Shown here one piece after another: positions 12,263 to 24,943 of a DNA stretch of 64,000 nt (its first letter is position 1; each line of letters starts with the position of its first letter). The position numbers were made by a program, and so were the translations under genes. The notes beneath the pieces are model-generated. The model searched no databases. It was not told the origin of the DNA and was given only the letters and a program-made list of their open reading frames with translations. The stretch is from Rhizophagus irregularis (Eukaryota). The DNA is taken from the NCBI RefSeq assembly GCF_026210795.1, contig NC_089432.1, forward strand, positions 2,480,001-2,544,000, read 5' to 3'.

Positions 12263-14735
12263 TTATTCCCTATTAAGCATTTTTAATTTATTTTGAGCAT
12301 ATTGATTTCCTTGTTCAGCCGATTTTTCGTACCAATGAATTGCTTTATTTACATTCTTATCAATTCCTTCTCCATTCTCGTACATCTTAGCAAGAGCATA
12401 TTGAGCTAAACTATCTCCTAGATCTGCTGCCTTTTGAAATAATTCAAAAGCTTTTTTCTCATCAATATCTGTTCCACTTCCATGATAATAGCAATATCCC
12501 AAATTACAATATATTCCAGGTGAATCTTCTAATCCTGCTGCATGTTGATATAATTCAAATGCTTTTTTATTATCAATATCAGTTCCAATTCCATTTTGAT
12601 AACAATATGCTAAATCACATATTCCAGATGAATCTCCTAATTCTGCTACCTTTTGATATAATTCAAATGCTTTTTTCTTATCAATATCAGTTCCAATTCC
12701 ATGTTGATAACACTTACCTAATTTATATATTCCATTTACGTCTCCCAAATCTGCTGCCTTTTGATATAATCCAAATGCCTTTCTTTTATCAACATTAGTT
12801 CCAACTCCATAATAATAATAATATCCTAAAAAAAATTTCCATTTGCATTTCCTAAATCTGCCGCCTTTTGAAAGAATTCAAATGCTTTATTCTTATCAAC
12901 AGCAGTTTCAATTCCATATAAATAACTATATCCTAAATAAAGTATTCCAATTGCATTTCCTAAATCTGCCGCTTTTTGATATAATTTAAATGCCATTTTT
13001 TTATCAATATCAGTTCCAATTCCATGTACATAACAGTTTCCTAAATTGTTAATTCCAAATGCATTATTTAAATCTGCTGCCTTTTGATATAATTCAAATG
13101 CCTTTTTATTATCAACATTGAATCCAATTCCTAAATAATAAAATTTTCCAAGTAAAACAAGAGAATTTAAATTATTTTAATAAATTGTTAATCTCTTGCA
13201 ATGTTATGTTATGATTATTAAGATAATTAAGGATTTTCTGTTTTTCTACTTCTTTACCATCATAATAAAGAAAATTAAGTATATCATTAACTATTTTATT
13301 GAAGTTATTTTCAAAACTGTTATTTGATGACATTGACATTTCTATATCTTTTGTATTCATCATATTAAAATTTTGAATAACTTGAGATAAATCTCCATGT
13401 AATGAATTAATATTTTTAGAAATTTCAACATCTAAAATTGGCTGTTTATCGTTTAATAATTGAGTATCCTTGTTATTATCATATAAGTGAAAATCTTTTA
13501 TAATTATATTTTCTTTTGTCATAATTGCTTTTAATTCATCAACTACTTGATTGATAGTTGATCGATTATCAGGTTCAATATTCCAACAATCTACAGAAAA
13601 TTATCTTCAATTAATTAAATTATATGGTTTATAATACATATAAACATAATTTTATAATTACCAGTATAAATTTTTATATAATCTATAGACGTATTGGGAA
13701 TAGGTGTCTCTCTGAGGCCTTGTAGAATACTTAGAGCCAAACCAACATCATACGGTATGTCATGAAAAGGAGGCTGACCACTAGATATCTCCCATAGTAG
13801 TACACCAATGCTATAAACATCACTTTTATTATTTAATACATATAACGTTGTTGTACTTCTGTTAAAAATTTTTGGATCAGTATAAGGAATTATTCCAAAT
13901 GTTTTTGATTGAGAGTTGGATGTTTCTTCAATTCTTTTTGATAAGCCAAAATCTGATAGCTTAATATTATTCTGATGGACTAACACATTATTGGAGTGCT
14001 ATTTGATTATATTAAAATAGAATAATTAAATTAAGATAAACTAATCATTAAAATACATTAAGCAATCATAATTAGTTGTAAATTTATTACCAAATCACGA
14101 TGCATGATCCCTTCGTTATGCAAACATGATACTGCACAAACCAATTGGAATGCAAGATTAAATTTATCATTCCAAGTGAGATTTTCAAAATTTTCTTTTA
14201 AATATTTTCGGAGAGTACCATTGTCGGCGTATTCCATTACTAACATATACTTTTTTCTTTGGTTTTCTTTTAGAAAAGAAAAAAATTCGCAAATTAGTTA
14301 ATTAATCAAAGTTTAATATAAAAAATAATATTATTAGAACTTTGATACCTTTACTGGAAGTTGTGGCTGTGATACCATAAAAACTGATAACATTATCATG
14401 AAAATCAACTTCACGCTGAAGTTGAATCTAGCAATAAATAGAACTCAGAAATGTATATAAATAAATTGAAATATGCTCGATATTAAAATTACCTCATGAA
14501 CAATTGCTTTAACTGTAGCGTCATCGAAATTAAAAAAGGATTTTAGAGCATAATTTTTGTAATAATTTTTCCAACTTGCACGATAAACTTTTCCAAAGCC
14601 TCCAGAACCAATTTTTTGAATATTACAAAATTGGTCAAATTCATAATATTTAATAAGTTTTTTAGAAATTGCTTCTTCTATCCAATTGTGCTCATTTGAA
14701 TTTTTAGTAATAGTAAGTTCAGCGTTACTAGACAT
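12263..14735 (-). pseudogene. TKL-type kinase-Sel1 gene with intact kinase but two frameshifts in the linker/Sel1 region
   Basis: GSGGFG, ALK, HRDL|HSNN, DFG, SDVYSIG and CWN.EP..R present across 5 exons; frame breaks near 13172 (LLK* versus NNLNSLVLLGKFYYLG in another frame) and in the A8 run near 12830. Confidence 0.8.
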
Positions 14736-14891
14736 AGTTGAATACACAAAAATGTTTGCTGCGGAATTAATTTTACGTTTTCAAAATTGGGAAAAAAAAT
14801 TCGAAATATTTTTTTTTTTTTTTGTAAAACCATTTAATAATAAAATGGTGTTACCGGACATAAATTTTGCTGATCTTCAGCATGCAGGACT

Positions 14892-15126
14892 AACTACCCT
14901 AGCGTTCCCCCAAAAAAAAGCACTGGTGGCCGGCATTATGCGGAATTATGCACTGTCACGTGAACAGTGCGGTGACAGATAAGGTGTGACAAATAAGTTT
15001 TTTCCAACTCGAAAAAAACTAAGTCCCTCAGATAAATATAAACAATGAAAACACTGAGGGGTGTGACGGATGTGATGATTTTTTACTTGGACACGTGACC
15101 AGTGCTTTTTTTTGGGGGAACGCTAG
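14892..15126. mobile_element. MITE with perfect 29-bp inverted repeat and 7-8 bp flanking direct repeat
   Basis: ctagcgttcccccaaaaaaaagcactggt (14899-14927) is inverted at 15098-15126; CAGGACT at 14885-14891 and 15127-15133. Confidence 0.8.
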
Positions 15127-15961
15127 CAGGACTGCGCCTGAAAAAGATCAGCGCACTTGCACAGAGATTCAAATAAATAAAAAAGATTGGTTAGGATAGT
15201 ATCATGCCATGTTTATATTTATTATGAAATTTTTTTTTCTTTTTTTTTTATAAACAATTTTTTTTAACAAAGCTTAACTGTTAAAAAGAAATATAATATT
15301 AAATATTTTGTCCCAAAATAAAAATAAAAATAAATATTTCCAAATTTTTTATCCTTTTGACCAGAAATTCTACTTTAATTAAATTAAAAAAAGTTGACAC
15401 TTGACACAACGCAATTCTTTGTAAATCTTCTATTAATTTAACATTTTGCGCGTGGTTTTACTATTTTAATTCAAATGATACTAACAAAATTTATTCTCAC
15501 ATTAGAAAAAGTTAAATCACTTTAATGATGCATTGAAAATGAAGTAAAATTTTAACTTATATCGTTTTATACGCGAGAGTTTTAGCAAATGTGTTAAAAG
15601 GATCACTGAGTCTGAAACTTTTTATTTACATTAATATTAATGAAAAATAGAATTAAATTAAATTAATGTATCTTTAAAGAGAACTTTATCATGAAATTAT
15701 TAAATCTGTTTGCTGATTAGATATTGTCGTACAAATATGAAATATCCTCGTTATATTATGATTTCTTTCGAGACTATAAGTACTGTAAATATATTTTTTG
15801 TACACTTTTTACAAATATGATTAATTAATATCTCAGCAAAATAAATTTCCGCATATTGCAAAAATAAAAATGTCATCACAAACTAAAACGTTTTTTTTAA
15901 AAAAAAATTCTATGCTTGAAGTAATATTAAGAATAAAATTTAAAGAGTTTTCTATTTGTAC

Positions 15962-16040
15962 ACTGTAGAGGTCGAAATTACCTGGTGAAATTATTAATTT
16001 TGGGGCGCAGTATTATATTTAATTTAAGTGTATAAAATTT
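15962..16040 (+). repeat. Dispersed repeat, direct copy at about 41682-41760
   Basis: actgtagaggtcgaaattacctggtgaaattattaattttggggcgcagtattatatttaatttaagtgtataaaa is nearly identical at both sites. Confidence 0.85.
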
Positions 16041-16479
16041 TCTAAGTATTTTCCGGAATGACGTTAAACTATCAATTGACGTAACTTTGTTACGGCAGTT
16101 ACGTCGGTAAAGTTTGTACCTCTATTTACTTTATTTTATTTTATATTTTATTTTATATTTTTTAGGGGATTAGCGTCCGTAATGACGTTAAACTATTCGT
16201 TGATTTTTATTAGATTAATAGTTATTAGATTTTTTATTGGTTAATTACTTTTATTTGGGATCGGGCTATTCGAGATTTCAAGATAACCCTGGAAATGATC
16301 TACATAATCGTTGACGAACATGAACGAATAATTTATGAGATCTAGAAAAAGAAATTATTAATTTAATTGGTTCTTTATTTCTTTTTAAAAGTATTACATT
16401 CAATCAGAAAAGTAGAAAATTTAGAATTTACCTTTCTTTCTTGAATTTTTCATTTTAATATTTGATTTTACATATTGTT

Positions 16480-16566
16480 ATGAAACTCGGGAATTGTTTT
16501 AACTTTTATCAAAATTAATAAAATGTTTTTGTAGCTTGTGGTGGCAAACGTCTTTATGACGGGCAC
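16480..16566 (+). repeat. Dispersed repeat, inverted copy at about 42335-42425
   Basis: tttttgtagcttgtggtggcaaacgtctttatga matches the reverse complement of tcataaagacgtttgccaccacaagctacaaaaa; flanking tgaaactcggga also matches. Confidence 0.8.
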
Positions 16567-17089
16567 AAGTTCTGCAACACCGGGTGTTCAAACACGGGTT
16601 TCCAAAAAGTAAATTTCTATACCAATCATTTAATGTTGAAATCGAGTTTATTTAAACTTATAAAAAAAACAACGTAATTGTCTTATTAAATCTTTTATTT
16701 CTTAAGTTATTTATTACGAGCAGATATTCGAAATTATGCGAATTTTATCCATTTTAAAATTCTTGTCTTTAGTTTAAATTGATCGTTAAATTTGATGTTT
16801 TGTTTGTCGATTTCTGTTCAGACATAACGATAAGAATTTATTTTATATTTTCTCAATATTTCTTTTTTTGATATAGAAAATTTGAAATGAAAAATTAATT
16901 ACATATTCTAAATTATATTTTATTGAAAAAATAAATTAGATTTTGAATGAGTAATAAATTTCTTGGAAAGGAATTTTTAGACGAGTTCAATCTAAGTTAT
17001 TGTAGCGAAAAAAAATCAAGTTTCAGTCCCTTTTATGACTCACGTCACTTACTTTTTTGCCGAAATGACCAAAAAAATAAATTTTGAAA

Positions 17090-17810
17090 CAAACAGTAAG
17101 TTCCATCTTTTAGGAAAACTTTTGGAAAAATTTTCATATTATACCCCTAGATGGTAAGTTTATTTATATCTTAATTATTATTATTTGCTAATTATTGTTT
17201 ACTGCTAAATATCAAAACTTTAACATTTAAGATATATTTTTCATGTTACATTTTAAAGGGAGTATATTGTATCTTAATTATCAAATTATTAAATTATTTA
17301 CTAATTACAATTATTAAAACATTTAAAACTTTAACTTTTGGATGTATATTTTACTTTATAGATGGTAAGTTTATCTATTTTGAAATATATTTTAAAACGA
17401 ATTTTTTCTGAAAATATAATATTTTATGTTAATAAGATTTATCAAAATTATCATAGGACCAGTATCTTATCTCCAATACAAGCAGATGAAATTACAATCT
17501 ATTTTTGGGAAATAATTGAATAATTAAATAATATCATTTTTATTATTAGAATCTAGATATATTACACAAACTTACAAATTTTCTTTGGGCGGTAATTCGG
17601 TAAGTGATTTATTTAAATTATTGATCTTTTTTTTTATCTTATCTTTAATATAGACTTGAACGAGGCTTATAATGGTTTAATTAACAACTCATATTTGCAC
17701 TATTCATCGATCATTTAAATCTAGTGATAATTCGTTAACAGTTAGAATTTGGTAAATTAATTATAAGTATAAATTAAATCATTAAATCTTTTATTATTTA
17801 GCAATAGATT
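17090..17810 (+). other. Chain of micro-exon-like blocks including two TAG|ATG|GTAAGT 3-nt blocks
   Basis: ctag-ATG-gtaagt at 17151-17153 and atag-ATG-gtaagt at 17362-17364; further short blocks end at GTAAGT (17600) and GTAAAT (17752). Confidence 0.4.
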
Positions 17811-19075
17811 TTTATAGTTTTTTTTTTGCTATTTACTAAAGGAAAATCTCATATTTTATTAACTGAAATAATAAATAAGTTTAAAATATATCATTTTTGT
17901 AACAGGTATAAATAAAAAGAAAATAATAATAATAATATATTTATAAATGACAGTAAAATTATATGTTAAAATCACTCAATTTACAGTCGTCACTGGATAT
18001 ATCAAACCCTACCCTCTGTTCCAGGATGTTTAGTTCGAGTTCGATATAGGCGAACTCGTTATATACAGTAGTTGATTGAAATATCAGATATTGCATGTAT
18101 CTCTGTTAAATATATTGTAACTTAATATTAGAATTATGTGTCAAACATATGCTGGAAATATAAGATCAAAATGTTTTTAGAATATGTTGAATACTAAATA
18201 TGTTTTTGTTATATATAAAAAATATATTAAAATAGTTATTTTTATTGTAAATTAACCGTCTAAAAAAAAAAGAAAAAAAATGAAATGTTGGAAAACATTT
18301 TATTAAAGAAACAAATTAAAAGAAAAAAAAAGCCCTTTTATCTCCTGAAAATCTCGACTTACTAGTAATTTGATTGACACAGCTTAAAAAATGGTTTCAA
18401 AAAAACTCAAATGAAAACCTTTTTCGTATTAGTGTCTTAAATCTTAAGACACATTACACTTACAATAAATCATACCCCTTGCATTTTCACAGTTTTTGAG
18501 GTAGTCTAAAGTTGTTAGCTTTTACTTTCATCAATTTATCAATTGTTTTGGAATCATTCTTTTGTGTTAGTTGATCGAACAAATCAATAAATCTCTCTCA
18601 ACCTAGCAGCTAGTAGTGTTTCATCCAATAACCGGATTCAACCGGACCCTGATAATTTTTTTTTGAATATCCAGATGGTCGCGAGATAAATTCCGGTTAA
18701 AAATATCCGGATTGATCCGAAATCCGGATAATAAAATAAAAAAAATATATATATTTAAATCGAATTTATGTACGTAATTGTGGCGCAGCAATTTTGAGAA
18801 ATCGATATTATTGTCTTTTTGTATAATTCTTATATGTCTTATCTTTCATTTTCATGTTTTTTTTTAAAAAAAAATTTTTATATTATAATAATATATTTAG
18901 TGTGCAAGTGCCAAAAAAATTTACATTTTTTTCGAGTTTTCATAAAATTGAAACTACTAATATAATTCAAGCAAAATTCATAGTACCGGCCGACACGTTA
19001 TATATATATAATTTTTAAAATAACAAAGTTGCCATGAATTTTTATTTACTGAGACCGGTCTACAAAAAAGAATTA

Positions 19076-19473
19076 CAGCTGATTTCATAATTTACGAGAA
19101 ACTTAGAGAACTCGGAAATATTCGGCAAAGCTCAAAATAAGATAAAATAAATTATACCACCATTCTCGGAATAGTACTCTAAAATTAGCGTATAATTTTT
19201 ATTTTATATCAAGCTTTACCGAATATTCCGAGTTCAGGACCCAGAAATATAGTTTGCGTATTTTGAACTAAAAAATCATAATTTTTTGATAATACCAGTC
19301 AAAATTTTATTTCCTAATATAGTAATCGACTGACATTATCATAATTTCGGCCCTGAAAAAATGTGTACAGCTCATAGTAAAAAATTTTTTCATCACCTGA
19401 CCCTATATATATTTCTGGATCCTCCAAGTTCTTTAAAACTTGTTAAGTGTCCCGTACATTATGAAATCAGCTG
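19076..19473. mobile_element. Tc1/mariner-type MITE (TA TSD, CAGCTG ends)
   Basis: TA|cagctgatttcataatttacg ... cgtacattatgaaatcagctg|TA; internal long inverted repeat at about 19109-19233. Confidence 0.8.
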
Positions 19474-20860
19474 TAATATATATATCCTTATCCGGATTTT
19501 GGTTTCTATCCGGATCGAAACCCTCATAACCTTTATAATGGTAAAAGCAAATAGATGAGGAGCGTTAGGAAAAAATTATTTCATCCAAACATAGTCCTTG
19601 GAGTCATTACCTCTCTGCAAATTCAATTGCATAGTATTTTTTTTTTTGCATTTTCAGTTCTATTAATCGCCTTCTTTTTGACTTTTCCTAGAAATTGTAA
19701 GTGATCAATCCTTCTTTTCATTTGTCTTGAATGATATTTCTTTACGCACCAAAATTTAAAAAACATGTCTTCTAAAAAGGAAAATACAAAACTGTTAGAA
19801 CGGTTCATTAAAATACATAAAGACAAAAATGAAGTACCAACTTCTAATGCATTAACATTACCGGGTAAAGAATAAAACGAAAAACTCATCAGAATAACAA
19901 ATCCTTTTTGATATATTTTACACGTTACTTTTTCATTGAAATTGTATGCAAATAGCGATTGAAAAATCAATAATTGAAGATTGTCTGGAAACTGAAGTAC
20001 ATTTGGAGAGTTAGGAACACAAAGAAAATCTTTAGCACGGCACGAAAAGACAAATAACAGACAGCCCAACAGCAAGGATGGCAACTCACTTAAGAAATAA
20101 ATCAAGTATGCTTCCCCACCCCATGGTTTTTTTTAATTCTCGACAATATTTTTAAACTTCCCACATAAACGACTATTCTGAAAAAAGAATGTAAAATGAC
20201 AAAGTTATAACGATTATAAAATGAAAACCCCTTTATTGGAAAATTTAATTTAAAACCATTATTGATATAACTTATAAAAAATTATGTACGCCAAAATCTT
20301 TTTAAGAATGAACAATTGTAAAAGAGTTAACAGCACAATGATAGAGAATGAAAAAATTAATGACAAACTGAGATAAAAAATTGAGGTGATGAAAAAAAAA
20401 GAACTACGCAGGAAAAATTACACAAATCATGGATAACGATAGTCTAATATTTATTAAGTATCCTAATAGAGGAAAACTTTCATCTCCTTTTAGCTCTAAT
20501 TTTCATTTAAATCAATCGCCATTGCTCCTAATATAAAAAAAAGTGAACGAACCTCTAACAAAACTTGCCAAGAAGGTTCAAAGCCTAAAATTAATTTATA
20601 ATAGAAACTAACTTACAACAATTAGTCATTACTTATTAAACTCCAAAAGTCTGTTTAAAACAAAACTCTATTCGACAATATAGAATTATTAAATCCATCG
20701 AAAAAATAATTAGCGGAAGCTGGTAAAGAAAGTACGAAGAGAAAAAGTTTCGTTATATTTTTTTATATGACCGATAGTATAAGTGCGGCTGTTGCGTTCA
20801 CGTGATATTTAATTACCGAAAAGTGCTAGGATGTCACACCGACTAATTAGATCAAAAGTA

Positions 20861-21782
20861 TATCAGCTAGCTATAAAAATTTGTATATTGGAGGCTTATT
20901 GTTACACGAAACTTAAAATTGATCAAATTCATCAAATTCTTTATTAATTATTTTACTTTACTATAAAAAAACCCAAAATTCCCACGAACATCATATTTAT
21001 TATTATTCTTTCTTTGGTTGGATACTATTCTTAAAAACTATTGCAAGGTAATTACGTTCATTTTTTCAAAGATTTTAAAAATGGGTTGATATTTCTTCTT
21101 AAAAGAAAATATTTGCAAAATATGATGTTCAAAACCAAATTCTTTTATATTAAAAGGTGAAATAGGTATCTGAACGTGACCTTGTTCTTAACCTATCTAT
21201 AGACTTGCTGTAAAAATTTGAAAGTAAGTACACGTTTCAATAATAATGTGAAACATTTTTAAATATACTAATTAGCATATAATAATAGATAAAATGCTGA
21301 AGATCTCTAAGAAAAAAATTCAGTCATGTAGAGCGAGCTAACTTCTTTAGATAGACAAAAAGCAACCGTGCAAGACACAAGTAAAGCATGTGATGATGAT
21401 CAATCAGAAAAATTTTGATTGACCTTCAAATGATAGTTGGTGTGATCATCAGATGACCTAATTTGAGTCAGTTCTTGAAGTCGGTTCGAAATCGGTTTGA
21501 AGTTCAGAACGGTTTTTATGGTTAAAAGTAGTTTTAAGCCTAAGAGATTCAGAATCTTTTAAATTTAAGATCGGTTCCAAAATCGACTCGAGTCGACTCA
21601 TTTTGAACTGATTCCATCCCTACCAAGCACTCATACCGATTGCCATGAACTATTGTATTTATAATATTATTAAGTGTAACTGAAATATTCTAATGATTAT
21701 CTCGTGCGATTCTGTATAGTTTACTGCGGTTTTTAAATACAATAAAAATCTCACAATATACAAATTTTATAGCTAGCTGATA
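20861..21782. mobile_element. MITE-like element with ~30-40 bp terminal inverted repeats
   Basis: tatcagctagctataaaaatttgtatattg (20861) is inverted at caatatacaaattttatagctagctgata (to 21782); contains a hAT-like end ccatcccta at about 21614-21622. Confidence 0.65.
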
Positions 21783-22124
21783 TTGCCTATAATTATCGTA
21801 TCGTCTTAATTTAATTTGATGATCAAAATACTAACTAAGAAATTCAACATACGGTTAGTCGAATGCCAAATATAGTTAACATTGGCATCATCTGCCGTAA
21901 TATTTGCTTACTTTGTAAAGGTTGTGCCGTATTTTCGTCCGACATATTGTAATTAATACATGTCACGTAACTTATATAATTGTGTAACACAACGCGAAGA
22001 TTGACCCGGTATTATGAATTTGGCCGAAATTAAGCATGTGTCGTAATTTCGAGCCGTAAATCCGAAATTAGGACTACGACCCTCCAAAATGCGTAATTGT
22101 TATTTACGGCAAGCAACACTATTA

Positions 22125-22690
22125 ACATTATATATGCTTATATGCTTATTTTAAGTTTAGAATACGCTTATACCTTCAAGCTTCAAGCTTTATGTGTTAG
22201 AATTTTAAAAAATATATTTGTCGATCACTTCCTTAATTATGATTTTTATATTGTATTAGCGATGGACTTTAACAGTTAACGGTTTCCGTTTTCCTCATTA
22301 ATATATTATAATTATTGGATGAAGGACATTAGATCCACAGCTAGTTTATCCACGCATGGACCAGATGGTAGTTAATGTATATTGAAAAAAAAGTGATATG
22401 CATGGGGTAAATAAATGATGAACATAATAGCAATAAAATGATAGACGAAAAAAAAAGATATGCAAAAAACATAATAAAATGGTAAAAATGATAGACGTAA
22501 ATAAATTTAAAACTTGTGAAAATGATTAATTTAGTAACATAATAGTAATTAATAGAATAAAGAAATTAGAAAGAAGTGCAACCCTCTGCGGGTTTTTATT
22601 TTTCATATTGAGATAGGTTTCACTACAGGGTTTCACCTTAGCAATAAAAAGTATCTTTTAAAAAAAAATCAAATCAAATAATTACTAGTA
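22125..22690. repeat. Dispersed degenerate repeat shared with about 59085-59620
   Basis: Shared blocks: atagacgtaaataaa/tttatttacgtctat, ttgagataggtt/aacctatctcaa, gggtttcacctt/aaggtgaaaccc (inverted), and aaaaaaatcaaatcaaat (direct). Confidence 0.55.
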
Positions 22691-23271
22691 AGATTTTACT
22701 TTAATAGATAAACTTTAAAAGAAAAGTTCAATTAAACAAAAGTGAAAATAGGAAAACCAGTGATTCTTATCTGCGTCTTTGAAATCATCTATATTTTCAA
22801 ATAAAATCTTATTTAATTTTATAAAATTATTTTAAAAAAATAATGTTTGTTTATTTTGCAAAAAATACATAAAATATAGCTTTCCAATTATACCGTAACA
22901 CTATAAAGCATTGGTATAAAAATGCAAGACTAATTCGTCCCATGCCAGTCTCTTTTATTTTAGACGTATAATGAATAAGCAATAGTTCCATACAGAAATA
23001 TTAGAAAAACATATTCTAAAAATGTGCGAGGTAGATGGCGACTGCAACAAGGAAATGACCTTAAACATACTAGTCGTGCTACTACTTTTATCATGAAAGG
23101 TCTCCATTTTTAACTCTTTTGCTAACATTTTTTTTGTCAAAAAATCTCCATCACTTATTTTTCAGACGTGAAAATCAGTAGTAAAAGTTCCCTAAATTAT
23201 ATAAATAATACATAAGAAATTCAATTTCTTTATTTAATTTTTAAAATAATAATATATTTAATATAAGAAAA

Positions 23272-24943
23272 TCAATTTCTTGGCTTAATTTCAACTAATA
23301 ATTCAGAAATTTTAATGCTATCATACGAAGTTTTAGTTTTAATAGGAGTACTCATATCTACTAAATTAATTTCATATTTCCTAAACAATAAAGCCATCAA
23401 ACAAACTAATTCTATCATTACCAACTTTCTTCCCGGACATAATCTTAATCCTCCACCAAACATGATAAAAGAATTCTTTTTTGGCTCAAAATTTTCAACC
23501 ATCCATCTATCAGGATTAAATTTATTAGGTTCTTCCCAATAATCATCATTATTATGAATGGCTTTAACATTAATTATAAACAATGTATCAGCTGGCCATT
23601 GATACCCTGCTATTTCATTGGGTTTATCAATATATCTTGTGAACGAGTGCATTATCGGGAAAACGCGAGCTACCTCTTTTACAATAGCTTCACAGTAACT
23701 TAAACTATAATAGTCATCTTTAGTGATTGATCGTTTTTTATTACCTTGAAATATACTATCAATTTCTTCTAGCATTTTCCTTTTCACATCCGGATTATGT
23801 ACAATATAATAGACAATTAATGAAAGCATATTCGAAGTCTGTATTTGAAATAAAAAAAAGGAATGATTAATATTATTTTAAGTTGAAATTATAAGCGTAA
23901 AATAAACCAAAATTTACTTTACAAGTTCCATTAAAAATTCCATCAAATAAATTAACGCGAATTTCAGAATCAGTCATAAATCTACTGGCTCCATCATTTC
24001 CAATATAATTAACATCACGAAATGTATTTTTGATAATCAACGTCGTCAACATATCATGCGGTAAGGGTTTATCCAATGGTGTATTTTCAATTCCACGCCT
24101 ACGTTTCTTAATGATTGCATCCAGTCTTTGATTAATAAATCCCATGTTTTGAAGTACATCATCTGATATATTTTTAAGAAACGGAACAAAATTTCGTAAG
24201 AAGGGAGGAATCAAGAAAAATATTGAATATCCCATAAGAACTTTACGAAGTGATTGGAATAATCTCACAGAATCTTCTACTATTATTGGTGGATAAAGAG
24301 ATTTTTCGTTACTGAGAGTATCAAAATAAGCTACCATTGAATAAGATTTTTCACCAGTTAACATTCTAATAATCATGTCATTTGTGTAATGATTAAACCA
24401 TTCAGGTAAATTCAATCTATTTTTATTTTCTTTAATAATTTCTCCTTTAAGAAATAACTTATTCCAATAATTTTCTAATTCATTGAAAAGTTTGTTTGTC
24501 CAACCAATAGCTTCATTAGTAAATTCCGGTGACAAAATAGCTTGATTAAAAACATGTCGATTAAATATCCACGATTTGAAATTATTATTAAACGTTATTC
24601 CTTTTCCTGCAATTCCCAATTCTTCTAATCCTTTGCTATTGTGAAATCTCATCTCATGCGTATTTTTTGACATAAAATCTTCAAGACATTCTGATCGACA
24701 TAAAACAATTGTTCGTTCCATACCGTTATAGATCTCATGTACGTCACCATATTTCTCGTAACAATAATCGTAAAACATTGAGCCATTTCCATTAAACCAC
24801 CAATAAATTTGAGGCAAGTTACCGATGAATGGTAATGGGAATGGACCGGGTAAAGGATTGACACGAGTAAAATACGTATAATAATAATGTGCCACAAATG
24901 TCACTAGCATTGTACTTAATAAAAAAATAAAGTCATTAATCAT
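23272..24943 (-). CDS. Cytochrome P450, 2 exons (24943-23918, 23838-23272)
   Basis: N-terminal TM anchor, PLPGPFPLP hinge, KEVAR (ExxR), PDRW, heme motif FGGGLRLCPG; GT-AG intron within the I-helix (NGTCK|TSNML). Confidence 0.95.

Noticed and set aside
19850..20100. Genetic code 4 (TGA=Trp) insert from a mitochondrion or Mollicutes-related endobacterium
   Set aside because: Several in-frame TGAs occur, but TAA stops bound the frame closely and no recognisable protein results.
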